Shown here: piece by piece, positions 1 through 10,186 of the stretch
Numbering within the stretch: the first letter of the stretch is position 1
How the letters are laid out: every line of letters begins with the position of its first letter
From: an uncultured Acidobacteriota bacterium
GTDB lineage: Bacteria > Actinomycetota > Acidimicrobiia > Spongiisociales > ZC4RG35
Assembly (NCBI GenBank): GCA_963789135.1
Contig: CAWBJJ010000002.1
Location: 355,701 to 419,700 of the forward strand
DNA length: 64,000 bases
Direction of reading: 5' to 3'
Notes under the pieces: model-generated
Databases searched by the model: none
Told to the model about the DNA's origin: nothing
What the model saw: the letters and a program-made list of their open reading frames with translations, nothing else
Translations under genes and position numbers: made by a program

Positions 1-1516
1 GATGCTCACCCTGGTCCTCGCCGGGAACTACGCGATGTTGTTCCTGGGGTGGGAGCTGGTCGGGCCTCTGCTCCTACCTGCTGATCGGGTTCTGGTTCAC
101 CCGCCCCACCGCCGCAGCTGCGGCCAAGAAGGCCTTCATCGTCAATCGGATCGGGGACGTCGGGTTCATGGTCGGCCTGATGCTGGTCTTCACCACGTTC
201 GGCACTCTGTCCTACTCCGGTGTCTTCGAGAATGCCGGGTCGGAGCTGAGCACCGGGATGGCCACTGCCATCGGCCTTCTTGTTCCTGGTGGGCGCCGCC
301 GGCAAGTCGGCGCAGATCCCGCTCTATGTCTGGCTGCCCGACGCCATGGAGGGCCCCACTCCGGTCTCAGCCCTCATCCATGCCGCCACCATGGTCACCG
401 CCGGGGTCTACGTCATCGCCCGCTCTGCGCCGATCTACGACCTGTCGCGGTCGCCCAGGTCACCGTGGCCACCGTCGGGCGCTCTGACCGCGATCTGGGC
501 AGCATCGATCGCCCTTGCCCAACGCGACATCAAGAAGGTTCTCGCCTACTCCACGATCTCCCAGCTCGGCTTCATGTTCCTGGCGGTCGGGACCACGGCC
601 TACATCGCCGGGATCTTCCACCTGATGACCCACGCCTTCTTCAAGGCGCTCCTCTTCCTGGGGGCCGGCTCGGTGATCCACGGGATGAGCGACGAGCAGG
701 ACATGCACCGCATGGGCGGCCTGTTCAGGAAGATGCCGGTGACTGCGATCACGATGGCGATCGGGTCTGTGGCCCTGGCCGGGCTGCCCCCACTCGCCGG
801 GTTCTGGTCGAAGGACGAGATCCTGGCCGCCGGGTTCGCCCACGGCGGTTGGTATTACGCCTTGTGGCTGATCGGCCTGGTAACCGCTCTGATCACCGCC
901 TTCTACATCGCCCGGCTCTGGGTGCTGGTTTTCCTCGGTGAGCCACGCTGGGAGCAGGGCAAACACCCCCACGAGTCGCCGCGGATCATGACCATCCCCC
1001 TGATGGTCCTGGCCGGGCTCTCGGTGGTCGGCGGGTTGATCAACACCCCGTTTCGGCTCACCCTGGAGCAGTTCCTCGAGCCCAGCTTCGAAGGAGTGAC
1101 CATGGAGCACCCACCCGAGGACATCGACCGTGATCCTGATCCTGGCCGGGCTGTCGGTGCTGGCAGCCTCGGCTGGGGCCGCCGCGGGTGGCTGGCCTAC
1201 AACCGCCCGCCGGAGCGGTGGCGCCGCTTCGAGGAGGCTTTCCAGCCCCTGTGGGGAACCTGGGAGGCTGCCTACAGGGTCGACGACCTCTACGGGGCGG
1301 CACTGGTCGCTCCCGGGAAGAGGGCAGCCGAATTGGCAGCGTTCGGGTTCGACCTCCCGGTGATCGACGGTGCGGTCAACGGCGTCGGCCGGTTGGTCAG
1401 GACCAGCGGAGACTGGGCCCGCTCACTGCAGACCGGATTCGTCCGCAACTACGGGGTGATGTTCCTCGGCGGCGCCCTCATCGTGGTGCTGTGGATGGTG
1501 GTGGGGGAGCTCATGA
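1..1516 (+). CDS. nuoL: NADH-quinone oxidoreductase subunit L, copy 1 (5'-truncated by the window, several frameshifts)
   Basis: Motifs FLGWELVG, GKSAQIPLYVWLPDAMEGPTPVSALIHAATMVTAG, DIKKVLAYSTISQLG, HAFFKALLFL and C-terminal LQTGFVRNY. The likely true stop is TGA 1514-1516, which assumes one extra G in the run at 1503-1507. Confidence 0.92.
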
Positions 1517-1668
1517 ATTGTCGGCCGACTTCGCCCCTCAGCAACCCTCAGGGCACCTCGGACTTCGTGCCTCGGGTCAATGGACCTCGGGGCGAACAGA
1601 CGCCGGTCGGCCGCGGCTTCCGCCGCGTGGAGGGTTCCATTGCGGCGACCGGAGATCGCTCATGCTGA
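1513..1668 (+). other. Connector mini-ORF (51 aa, MNCRPTSP...GDRSC) spanning the hairpin insert between nuoL1 and nuoM1
   Basis: ATG 1513 overlaps TGA 1514-1516, and TGA 1666-1668 overlaps the nuoM ATG at 1662. As assembled it is in frame with nuoL, so it depends on the inferred indel. Confidence 0.45.
1522..1640. repeat. Palindromic intergenic element (REP/MITE-like), with a second copy inverted at ~50910-50965
   Basis: Inverted arms CGGCCGAC 1522-1529 / GTCGGCCG 1606-1613 and TTCGCCCC 1530-1537 / GGGGCGAA 1589-1596. Bases 1585-1613 match the reverse complement of 50938-50965 with 1 substitution and 1 indel. Confidence 0.75.
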
Positions 1669-3194
1669 CCGCTCTGGTTCTCATCCCGGTCGGCCGCAGC
1701 CCTCGCCGTCGCCCTGATCCCCTCGCGACGACGGGAGATCCATCTCCCGGTCGGTGTCGCCCTCTCCATCATCCCCCTGGCCCTCGCCGGCTACCTGTTC
1801 TGGGTGTTCGAGCCGTCGGCCGGCTACCAGTTCGTCGAGCAGGTCGTCTGGTACCAGCCGTGGGGGATCAGCTGGTACCTGGGCGTGGACGGGATCTCAC
1901 TGCCGATGGTCGTACTCAGCACCCTGCTGGTGCCGATCGCCCTCGGGGCATCGACCGCGATCAAGGTGCGGACCAAGGAGTTCGTGGTCTACACCCTGCT
2001 CCTCGAGGCCGGTCTGATCGGCGCCTTCCTGGCGCTCGACCTCTTCCTGTTCTTCGTGTTCTTCGAGGTGATCCTGATCCCGATGTACTTCATCATCGGG
2101 ATCTGGGGCGGGGAGCGTCGCATCTACGCCGCGGTCAAGTTCTTCATCTACACCGCCTTCGGGTCAGCCTGATGATGGCCGCGATCATCGCCCTCGCCTT
2201 CAACCACGCCTCGCAGTTCGGGGTGCCGTCGTTTGCCCTCCCCGACCTGATGAACCTCGATCTGGGGCGGTCCGCCGAGATCTGGCTGTTCGCGGCGTTC
2301 GCCCTCGCCTTCGCCATCAAGGTCCCGTTGTTTCCCACTCCACACGTGGCTCCCCGACGCCCACGTCGAGGCGCCAACCGCGGGCTCGGTGCTGCTGGCC
2401 GGAGTGCTGCTGAAGTTGGGCACCTATGGGCTGCTCCGGTTCAACCTCTCCCTGTTCCCCGAGGCATCGGTGGACGCGGTGCAGATCATGGCGATCCTCG
2501 CCGTCAGTCGGGATCATCTACGGCGCCGTCGTGGCCATCGTCCAGCCCGACCTCAAGAAACTGGTCGCCTACTCCTCGGTCAGCCACCTTGGCTTCATCG
2601 TCTTCGGGACCTTCGCCCTGACCTCAGGGGGCCTACAGGGGGCGGTCATCCAGAACGTGAACCACGGCCTGACCACTGGCGCACTGTTCCTATTGGTTGG
2701 GATGATCTACGAGCGGCGCCACACCAAGGCGATCGCCGACTTCGGGGGCCTGCAGAAGGTGATGCCCCTGTTCGCGGGGTTCTTCTTGTTCATGGCCTTC
2801 GCCTCGATCGGCCTGCCCGGGCTGAATGGGTTCGTCGGAGAGTTCCTCGTGCTGATCGGGAGTTATGTGACACTCCCCGCTCTCGCGGTGATCGCCGCCT
2901 TCGGAGTGCTCCTGGCCGCCGTCTATCTGTTGTGGGCCTACGAGCGCGTTTTCACCGGAGTGCCCGACAAGCCGGACAACCTGGCCCTCACCGATCTCTC
3001 GGTGCGGGAGATCGCCCTTCTCGCCCCGCTGGCGGTCCTGGTGTCTGGTCATCGGTCTCTATCCCGGTCTGCTGCTCGACAAGATCACTCCGTCCACCGA
3101 GGCGGTCCTGGATCGCATCGAGGCGGCCACCGGTTACGCGACGCCGGCCCCCGGTCGGTTGGCCGACGTCGTCGTCGTGGAGGCAGGCGAGTGA
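1662..3194 (+). CDS. nuoM: NADH-quinone oxidoreductase subunit M, copy 1 (frameshifted)
   Basis: [56 protein letters not shown] and [12 protein letters not shown] pieced together across frames. Confidence 0.92.
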
Positions 3195-4629
3195 TCGCAA
3201 CTCCCGAGATCCTCTGGCTGTCGATCCTCCCCGAGCTCGTCCTTGCCGTCGGGGCCGCCCTGGTGTTGCTGGTCGAGGTGCAGTGGAAGCCGAGAGCCCG
3301 CGTGTTGGGCGTGGTTGCCGCGGCCGAGCCTGATGATGGCGGCCGGCTTCACAATTTGGCAGTGGGTCGACACCGGCACCGGCGAGCTCGCCTTCTCCGA
3401 GATGATCGTTCTCGACGGCTTCGCAGTCTTCGCCCGCATCGTCCTGTTGGCGGCCACCGCGCTCGGCTTGCTGGCCGGGTGGCGTTTCATCGAGGGACTT
3501 GGACGCCGGGGAGCGGAGGCGCTCGCCCTGACACTCCTGGCAACGACCGGATTCTCGATCATGGTCGCCTCCAACAACCTGGTGATGATGTTCCTCGGCC
3601 TGGAGGTGGGGTCGATCGCCCTGTATGTCCTGGCCGGCATGACTCGTGAGCGATCGGAGTCAGACGAGGCCGCGATCAAGTACTTCCTGCTCGGGTCGTT
3701 CGCCTCGGCGGTCTTCGTTTACGGAGTGGCCCTCCTCTATGCCGGGACCGGGACCTTCTCCATCGTGGACATTCGCGATTTGTTGGCCGGATCGACCATC
3801 GCCAGCCCCGCTGTGATCTACATCGGGGTCGGGCTCGTGGTGGCAGGCCTCGGGTTCAAGGTGTCGGCCGCCCCGTTCCACAGCTGGGCGCCGGACGTGT
3901 ACCAGGGTGCGCCTGCGGGGATCGTCGGCTACATGGCGGCGGTCGCCAAGATCGCCGGCTTCGCCGCCCTGACCCGGGTGCTTCTCGCCGGGGTCGGCGG
4001 ACTCGACGCCACCTGGCTCCCGGTGGTGGCTGCGATCGCCACGCTGTCGATGCTCGTGGGCTCAGTCGTGGCACTGGTCCAGGGTGACGTGCGGCGGATG
4101 CTGGCGTACTCGGGCGTAGCCCACGCCGGGTTCATCATGACCGGGGTCGTGGGCGGGGCCAGCGACGGGGTTCTCTTCTATCTCGCGGCATACTCGATCC
4201 AGTTGGTGGGTGCTTTTGCCGTGGTTGCCGCAGTGAGCGGCCCAGACGGGGCTCGATCGTCGATCGACGATTATCGAGGTTTGGGACGTCGAAGCCCGGT
4301 GCTCGCGGGGTCGTTCACAGTCCTGCTCCTGGCGATGGGCGGGATACCTCTCACCTCCGGATTCGTCGCAAAGTTCGGCGTGCTCTCCGATGCCTGGGCG
4401 ACCAGTTACCAGTGGCTGGTCGTCGTGGCGGTGCTGGCCTCGGTGATCGCCCTGGCCTTCTACATCCGGGTCATCGTCGTGATGTACATGGACGACTCTG
4501 ACGAGCTCCTCACTGTCCGTGGTGCTCCCGGTCCGAGTGGTGCTGGGGATCGCGGTCGCCGTCACATTGCTCTGGGGGATCTTTCCGGGGTCGCTACTCG
4601 ACTTCGCAGCCGATGCACTCCCCCTCTAG
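3191..4629 (+). CDS. nuoN: NADH-quinone oxidoreductase subunit N, copy 1 (frameshifted)
   Basis: GTGA overlap with nuoM. Motifs [58 protein letters not shown]. Confidence 0.92.
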
Positions 4630-5779
4630 ATACCTGTTGCTCGGGGCATTGGTCGCGGCCATGGTCCTGGGCTTCGGCGCTCAGGCCCGGGCGGCAGAGA
4701 CCGCTACCTCCGACCTGGTGATCATCTCGGAGGATGACACGGTCGAGGACGACCTCTACGCGGCAGGCCTCAAAGTCGTGGTCGAAGGGGTCATCGAGGG
4801 CGACCTGATCGCCTTCGCCGCCGAGGAGGTTGTCATCAGCGGCGAGGTCCGGGGGAGTGTCATCGCGGCGACGCCTTCGGTCGTCGTTTCCGGACGGGTA
4901 GGGGGGTCGGTTCGAGCCACCGGGTCCCGGGTGGAAGTGACGGGATCGGTGGGCCGCGACGTGGTGGCCGCCGTATTCGCCGTCACTTTGAGCCCGGACT
5001 CGACGGTGACCGGTGACGTCTGGCTTTGGGCGTTCAGGGCGACAATATCCGGGTCGATCGGGGGAGATCTCGAGGGCACCCTGCGCACGATGGACCTGGA
5101 GGGCGAGGTAGAGGGTGACGTGGAGATAACGGCAACCCGGCTCAGGGTGACCGGGCCGCTCACCGTTGGCGGGGATCTCGGCTACCGGTCGCCTCGAGAG
5201 GCGACCGGCCTCGACGAGGCGACAGTCGATGGGGCGGTGGTTCACGAGACCCCGCTCCCGCCGAACATCCGGGTCCGGGCGCTAGGACTGCTCGCCAGAT
5301 TCCTCATCGTGATCGGATTGACTGCGGCGGCGCTTCTCGTGGCCTGGGGATGGCCGGACCGCACCGCACGAGCCGGCGACCGTGGATCGAAACGGCCCCT
5401 GGGCGCCTACTGGCGTGGCGCGCTGATCGTCTTCATGCCGCTGCTGATCACGGGTGTCGCTGCACTCGTGTTGTTGCTCGCCCCGGCGACCGCAAGCCTT
5501 CCCCTGCTCGCGATCTTCGCGCCCTTGGTCCTCCTGGCCGCAACCGTCGTGCTCGTTCTCTGTCTGGTGGCCGGAGCCCCAGCGGTTTTGGCGTTGGGCC
5601 GGGCTCTCCCCGGGAGACGAGGGATCTACGGAGCGATCGTCCTCGGCTCGGTGCTCGCAGGCGTGCTCTGGCTTCTTCCCTTGGTCGGGTGGCTCGTGCC
5701 GGTCTTGTTGCTGCCATTCGGTCTCGGCGCCTGGATCCTGGGCTGGCGTGAAGTGCCGGCCAATGAGGCCACTCCGTAA
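4613..5779 (+). CDS. Secreted/membrane protein with a bactofilin-like (polymer-forming) beta-helix repeat and a C-terminal multi-TM domain
   Basis: Signal peptide ending AQARA, repeated V-x-I-x-G-x-V-x-G-D units, then about 4-5 hydrophobic helices. Confidence 0.75.
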   Translation: MHSPSRYLLLGALVAAMVLGFGAQARAAETATSDLVIISEDDTVEDDLYAAGLKVVVEGVIEGDLIAFAAEEVVISGEVRGSVIAATPSVVVSGRVGGSVRATGSRVEVTGSVGRDVVAAVFAVTLSPDSTVTGDVWLWAFRATISGSIGGDLEGTLRTMDLEGEVEGDVEITATRLRVTGPLTVGGDLGYRSPREATGLDEATVDGAVVHETPLPPNIRVRALGLLARFLIVIGLTAAALLVAWGWPDRTARAGDRGSKRPLGAYWRGALIVFMPLLITGVAALVLLLAPATASLPLLAIFAPLVLLAATVVLVLCLVAGAPAVLALGRALPGRRGIYGAIVLGSVLAGVLWLLPLVGWLVPVLLLPFGLGAWILGWREVPANEATP

Positions 5780-5811
5780 GACTTGACTTACCGTAAGTAA
5801 TAACTTACGAT
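5776..5811 (+). promoter_or_regulatory. Housekeeping promoter for a leaderless arsR mRNA, overlapped by two palindromic operators
   Basis: TTGACT 5783-5788, 17 bp spacer, TACGAT 5806-5811, ATG at 5818 with no SD. Palindromes GTAAG-N6-CTTAC at 5776-5791 and CGTAAGT-N4-ACTTACG at 5792-5809. Confidence 0.75.
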
Positions 5812-5817
5812 AGGACG

Positions 5818-6120
5818 ATGCTGGCCGCAGATCAGTTCGACGCCTTGGGCGACTCCACCCGACGCCAGGTGCTGGGGCTGGTCCTCGAGAGACCTCGCTC
5901 AGTGGGCGAGATCGCGTCGAGGCTTCCCGTGAGTCGGCCTGCCGTTTCCCAGCATCTGAAGGTGTTGGAGAGATCGGGCTTGGTCGCCCATCGCGCCCTC
6001 GGAACCCGCCGCATCTACTCACCCTCCCCGTCCGGGCTCGGTGAGTTGAGGAAGGCCATCGAGCAGATGTGGGACGAGACGCTGGCCCGGTTCGCCGCGG
6101 CCACCGAACAGGAGGAATGA
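5818..6120 (+). CDS. ArsR/SmtB-family transcriptional regulator
   Basis: FDALGDSTRRQVL...SVGEIA...SRPAVSQHLKVLERSGLV winged HTH. Confidence 0.92.
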   Translation: MLAADQFDALGDSTRRQVLGLVLERPRSVGEIASRLPVSRPAVSQHLKVLERSGLVAHRALGTRRIYSPSPSGLGELRKAIEQMWDETLARFAAATEQEE

Positions 6121-6572
6121 TGACCACAGAAACGATTCCCTCGGTGCTGCGGGAGGTGGAAGTGAAGGTCTCACCGGAACGCGCCTTCGAGGTGTTCACC
6201 CGTCGGATGGGCGATTGGTGGCCGCTCGAGGCCTACTCGATCGCCGAGGAGCGGGCTGTCGGTGTCAGGGTGGAGGAGTTCGTCGGCGGCAAGGTCTTCG
6301 AGGTGGTGGAGGACGGGAAAGAGTGGGAATGGGCCGAGATCCTTGTTTGGGACCCGCCGCAACGCCTGGTGATGGCCTGGCACCCGACCGAGGAGCGGGT
6401 GACCTCGACCGAGGTCGAAGTCCGTTTCTCCGCAATCGAGGGCGGCACCCGGGTCGAACTCGAGCACCGCGGCTGGGAGCAGCTCGGCGACCGGGCGGCG
6501 GAGGCACGAGGCGACTACGAGCAAGGGTGGCAGCCGGTCCTCGGCCTGTTCCAGGCCGACGCGGATTCGTAG
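6117..6572 (+). CDS. SRPBCC (AHSA1/START-like) domain protein
   Basis: ATGA overlap with arsR. Motifs PERAFEVFT...WW, WDPPQRLVMAW, TRVELEHRGWE, YEQGW. ArsR-SRPBCC is a common gene pair. Confidence 0.88.
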   Translation: MMTTETIPSVLREVEVKVSPERAFEVFTRRMGDWWPLEAYSIAEERAVGVRVEEFVGGKVFEVVEDGKEWEWAEILVWDPPQRLVMAWHPTEERVTSTEVEVRFSAIEGGTRVELEHRGWEQLGDRAAEARGDYEQGWQPVLGLFQADADS

Positions 6573-6583
6573 GCCCGCGAACA

Positions 6584-6620
6584 GCAGCAGGGCCCACCGG
6601 GGGAGAGTGGGCCCTGCTGC
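6584..6620. terminator. Hairpin between convergent genes (likely bidirectional terminator)
   Basis: 14-bp perfect stem GCAGCAGGGCCCAC / GTGGGCCCTGCTGC. Confidence 0.75.
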
Positions 6621-6632
6621 GGTTGTCGGGTT

Positions 6633-6704
6633 TCAGAAGATGTATATGAGGAGGGCGACGATGAGCAGGATGCCCACGATCGTCCAGATCAGTCCGCTTC
6701 GCAT
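6633..6704 (-). CDS. 23-aa single-TM small protein MRSGLIWTIVGILLIVALLIYIF (not in the ORF track)
   Basis: SD GAAAGGA upstream, its own SigF-type promoter, and a terminator hairpin right after the stop. Confidence 0.7.
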   Translation of the reverse strand: MRSGLIWTIVGILLIVALLIYIF

Positions 6705-6735
6705 GATTGGTCCTTTCTCAATGTCGCCGCACTAA

Positions 6736-6788
6736 TTACCCATGGGATGGCGGCCGAAACGCGTTTCGTGGCCGCCAATGTCGGGTAT
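6736..6788. promoter_or_regulatory. Back-to-back divergent SigF/SigB-type promoters
   Basis: Minus strand GTTT-N15-GGGTAA (6760 to 6736) and plus strand GTTT-N16-GGGTAT (6763-6788). Confidence 0.75.
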
Positions 6789-6821
6789 TTCTCGCAGTCC
6801 ATGCGTATCGAGGAGCAATCA

Positions 6822-6962
6822 ATGGTCTGTGAGCACGAGCCCTGCACCTGCTACATCGCAGACGGCGGGCTGTACTGCAGTGAGAACTGTCGCGACGGCT
6901 CAGAGATGGGTGCCTTCTGCGGTTGCGGGCACGCCGTTTGTGAGTCGAGCCCGGTCGGTTGA
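6822..6962 (+). CDS. Metallothionein-like Cys/His-rich peptide (46 aa)
   Basis: MVCEHEPCTC...GLYCSENC...FCGCGHAVC has 8 Cys and 2 His, with the CxHxxCxC / YCSxxC pattern of bacterial BmtA/SmtA-type metallothioneins. SD AGGAG at 6811-6815. Confidence 0.72.
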   Translation: MVCEHEPCTCYIADGGLYCSENCRDGSEMGAFCGCGHAVCESSPVG

Positions 6963-6965
6963 GGC

Positions 6966-9329
6966 TCAGGCCTCGACGGTCACCGAGCCGTCAAAGGCCT
7001 TCGCCAGCCCGACATGGCCGTCCGGAACGGTGATCGTGCCGGCGTCGATCAGGCTCTCCGATGAGGTGCCGATGAAGACCTGGATGTCGCCTGGTTCGAC
7101 TACGTACCGCAGCTCTCGGTCGTAGAACCCGACCTGGGCGATGGGGACTTGGAACCTGACCGTTCGAGACTCTCCGACCGGGACGCTCACCCGGGCGAAC
7201 CCTTTCAGCTCGAGCACCGGGCGGGTGACGCTGGCCACCGGGTCTCTCACATATAGCTGGACGACCTCGTCGCCATCGTGACGGCCGATGTTGGACAGGC
7301 GGGCCAACACTTCGATGGCTTCGTTTCCGGTTTCGGCGCGATAAGTCGAGCTCTTCACCGACAGCTCGAAGCTGGTGTAGCTCAACCCGTGACCGAACGG
7401 GTACAGAGGGCTGACCGGGCCATCGACGTAATCGCCCTTCCAATGCGACCTGCCCCCGGAGACCTTGTGACCGTAGAAGACCGGCACTTGACCCGCGGAC
7501 CGAGGGTGAGAGACCGGCAGCTTTCCTCCGGGGTTGAACTCTCCGGTGAGGACGTCGACGATCGCCCCTGCCCCCTCCTCGCCGGGTAGCCATGCGGCGA
7601 TGACCGCGGCAGCGCCATGATGGGCCCGAGCGCTCCCGGTTGGCCTGCCTGTCACCAGCACCAGAATCACTGGAGTGCCCGTGGCCAAGACCTCCCGTAC
7701 CAGGTCTTCCTGGACACCCGGCAGGTCGAGCGACATCCGATCCCTGCCTTCGCCACTGGTGCAGTCATCGGTGAGCCCGGCCTTGTCCCCCATGACCATG
7801 ATCGCCACATCGGAGGCGGCGGCGAGCGTGACCGCCTCGTCGAAGCCTTCCTTCGATGTGCCGCTCACGTCACATCCACCGGCGTAGGCCACTTTTGCCT
7901 GAAACCGCGACTGCAACTCCTCGAACACCGTGGGTACCTCTTTGGTCCAAGCGACCAGCCCGCTCAGGTCCGCAGTCGGTATCGAGAACACGTTCTCGCT
8001 GCTCTGCATCTCCAGCAGGGCTTCGATGTGGGCCGGATAGGTGTAATCGCCGAACAGATTCCGGGCATCGTGCGAGTTCGGCCCGATGACCGCGATGGAG
8101 GTCACGTCGGCCCGGAGCGGGAGGATCCCGTCGTTCTTGAGCAGGACGATGCTCTTTCGTGCGATGTCGCGTGCCAACGCCCGATCGGCATGCGCAAGAT
8201 CGAGCCCTGATATCGACTCTGGGTCGACGTACGGTCTTTCGAACAACCCCAGCTCGAACTTCGACCGTAAGACTCGCCGCACCGCTCTGTCGATCGTGTC
8301 GTGTCCCACGAGTCCCTCCTCGGCGGCGTCGAGCAGCGGGCCCCCGTAACAATCGGTGCTGGGGAGCTCGACGTCGATGCCCGCTGATAGCGCCAGCGCC
8401 GCGGCCTCCGCTCCGTCACGTGCCAGGTGGTGGTAACTGGCGAGCTGGCGCACCGAGAAATAGTCGGACACCACCGATCCCTCGAACCCCCAGGTGTCTC
8501 TCAGTGTGCCGGTTAGCAAATCCCCGTCGGCGGCGCACGGGATCCCGTCGAGCTCCAGATATGCGTTCATCACCGATTGCAGCCCCGCGGTTTTGACCGC
8601 GGCCTCGAAGGGGTGCAGGTAGATCTCGCGCAACTCTCTTGCCGGGATTCGTGCCGGAGCCCAGTTCAAGCCCCCGTCGGAGGCGCTGTACCCGACGAAG
8701 TGCTTGGCGGTGGCAATCACTCCCTCCTGGAGGTCGCTGCCCTGGAGACCGCGCACGAAGGCCACGCCCATCTTGGCAACCAGGTAGGGGTCTTCGCCGA
8801 ACGTCTCCTCGAGGCGGCCCCATCGAGGATCGCGACCGATGTCGAGCACCGGCGACAGCCCTTGATGGGCACCCATGGCCCTCATCTCTCGGCGCACGAC
8901 ATCGGCCATCGCTTCCGCGAGAGCCGGATCCCAGGTGCTCGCAACCCCGATCGCCTGGGGGAACACCGTCGATTCGGCTGCCATCAGACCGGAGCAGATC
9001 TCCTCGTGGACGATGGCCGGAATCCCCAGCCTCGTCTCGTTGACCAGGTACGCCTGAATCGAATTGGCGACCCGGGCCGCGGTGGCCGGGGCGAAGTTGC
9101 TGGCCCCGGAGACACGAGTCACGTGGCCGATTCCGGTGGACAGGAGCTCCTTTGCCTTCTCCACCGAGAACGAGTCAGACTCGAGCAGCTGGAAGACCCA
9201 GACGCTCCCCAGCTGGGCGGCCTTCTCTTCGAGGGTCATCCGATTCAGCAGGTCCTCGACCCGCTCCTCCACGCTTCGGCGGGGATCCCGATACACCGGC
9301 TCGGTGCCGTCGGCGGTCAACGCAGTCAT
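6966..9329 (-). CDS. GH3 beta-glucosidase/beta-xylosidase (BglX-like)
   Basis: RLGIPAIVHEE, RDPRWGRLEETFGEDP, ATAKHF, VVSDY nucleophile, LYPFGHGLSYT and a C-terminal FnIII-like domain. Start ATG overlaps the permease stop. Confidence 0.93.
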   Translation of the reverse strand: MTALTADGTEPVYRDPRRSVEERVEDLLNRMTLEEKAAQLGSVWVFQLLESDSFSVEKAKELLSTGIGHVTRVSGASNFAPATAARVANSIQAYLVNETRLGIPAIVHEEICSGLMAAESTVFPQAIGVASTWDPALAEAMADVVRREMRAMGAHQGLSPVLDIGRDPRWGRLEETFGEDPYLVAKMGVAFVRGLQGSDLQEGVIATAKHFVGYSASDGGLNWAPARIPARELREIYLHPFEAAVKTAGLQSVMNAYLELDGIPCAADGDLLTGTLRDTWGFEGSVVSDYFSVRQLASYHHLARDGAEAAALALSAGIDVELPSTDCYGGPLLDAAEEGLVGHDTIDRAVRRVLRSKFELGLFERPYVDPESISGLDLAHADRALARDIARKSIVLLKNDGILPLRADVTSIAVIGPNSHDARNLFGDYTYPAHIEALLEMQSSENVFSIPTADLSGLVAWTKEVPTVFEELQSRFQAKVAYAGGCDVSGTSKEGFDEAVTLAAASDVAIMVMGDKAGLTDDCTSGEGRDRMSLDLPGVQEDLVREVLATGTPVILVLVTGRPTGSARAHHGAAAVIAAWLPGEEGAGAIVDVLTGEFNPGGKLPVSHPRSAGQVPVFYGHKVSGGRSHWKGDYVDGPVSPLYPFGHGLSYTSFELSVKSSTYRAETGNEAIEVLARLSNIGRHDGDEVVQLYVRDPVASVTRPVLELKGFARVSVPVGESRTVRFQVPIAQVGFYDRELRYVVEPGDIQVFIGTSSESLIDAGTITVPDGHVGLAKAFDGSVTVEA

Positions 9330-10186
9330 CCCTTGACTCCTCCTGCGGTGAGACCGCTGACTATTTGCTTCTGGGCGATGAAGTAGAAGACCAGGGCCGG
9401 AATCATGGCCAGTGTGGTGTAGGCAAGGATCATCGCCGTGTCGGTCACATATTGGGCCGAGATGTTGTTGATGCCGAGGGGCAGAGACCACTGCCCAGGA
9501 TCGATGAGGATCAGCAGCGGGAGCAGGAACGCGTTCCAGCTCCCGACGATCGTGAGCACCGCGATCGTGCTCAGCACCGGTCGGGACAAGGGGAGCATGA
9601 CCGACCAATAGAAGCGCAGCGGTCCGCAGCCGTCGATGGAGGCTGCGTCCTCTAGATCACGGGGGATGCTGCGGAAGAAGGGGCGCAATATCACGATCGA
9701 GAGCGGGAGCCCGAATGCGGCTTGGGGGAGGGCTATCCCCAGTGGATTGTTGAGCAGCCCGGTCTGCCGCAGCGTGATGAAGAGGGGGAGGATCGCCACT
9801 GCGACCGGAAATAGCAGACCCAGCGTGAACAATGCGAAAACCAGCTCCCGTCCCCGGAACTTGTACCGCGCGATGACGAAAGCGGCCAGTGAGGCGGCGG
9901 GAAGGACCAGCGCCGTGGTGATCAGGGCGATGAGGACACTGTTCTTGACCCACCCGTAGAAGCTGGGGTCGGTCAGCGCCGTGTGGTAGTTGGTCCAGAC
10001 CCAGGGGTTGGGCAGCCCGACTGGATCCGCGGCGAGTTGGGCGTTGCTCCGGAACCCGCCGATGACCGAGAAGCTCAGCGGGACGATGATCACCAGTAGA
10101 ACGACGCTCGCGATGAGATAAAGAAGGCCGCGTCCGAAATCGAACTTTCGGGAGGCGTTCCTGGCGGGAGCCGTCGCCGCGGTCAT
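9326..10186 (-). CDS. Carbohydrate ABC transporter permease (MalG-type)
   Basis: EAA loop DLEDAASIDGC, WNAFLLPLI, multiple TMs. Confidence 0.93.
   Translation of the reverse strand: MTAATAPARNASRKFDFGRGLLYLIASVVLLVIIVPLSFSVIGGFRSNAQLAADPVGLPNPWVWTNYHTALTDPSFYGWVKNSVLIALITTALVLPAASLAAFVIARYKFRGRELVFALFTLGLLFPVAVAILPLFITLRQTGLLNNPLGIALPQAAFGLPLSIVILRPFFRSIPRDLEDAASIDGCGPLRFYWSVMLPLSRPVLSTIAVLTIVGSWNAFLLPLLILIDPGQWSLPLGINNISAQYVTDTAMILAYTTLAMIPALVFYFIAQKQIVSGLTAGGVKG

Noticed and set aside
1-4629. First nuoLMN as decaying pseudogenes next to an intact second operon
   Set aside because: The same single-base indels break essential genes (pcrA, sucC, guaB3, tal, moaA) and I saw no nonsense substitutions or large deletions. 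Patchy sequencing error is the simpler explanation.
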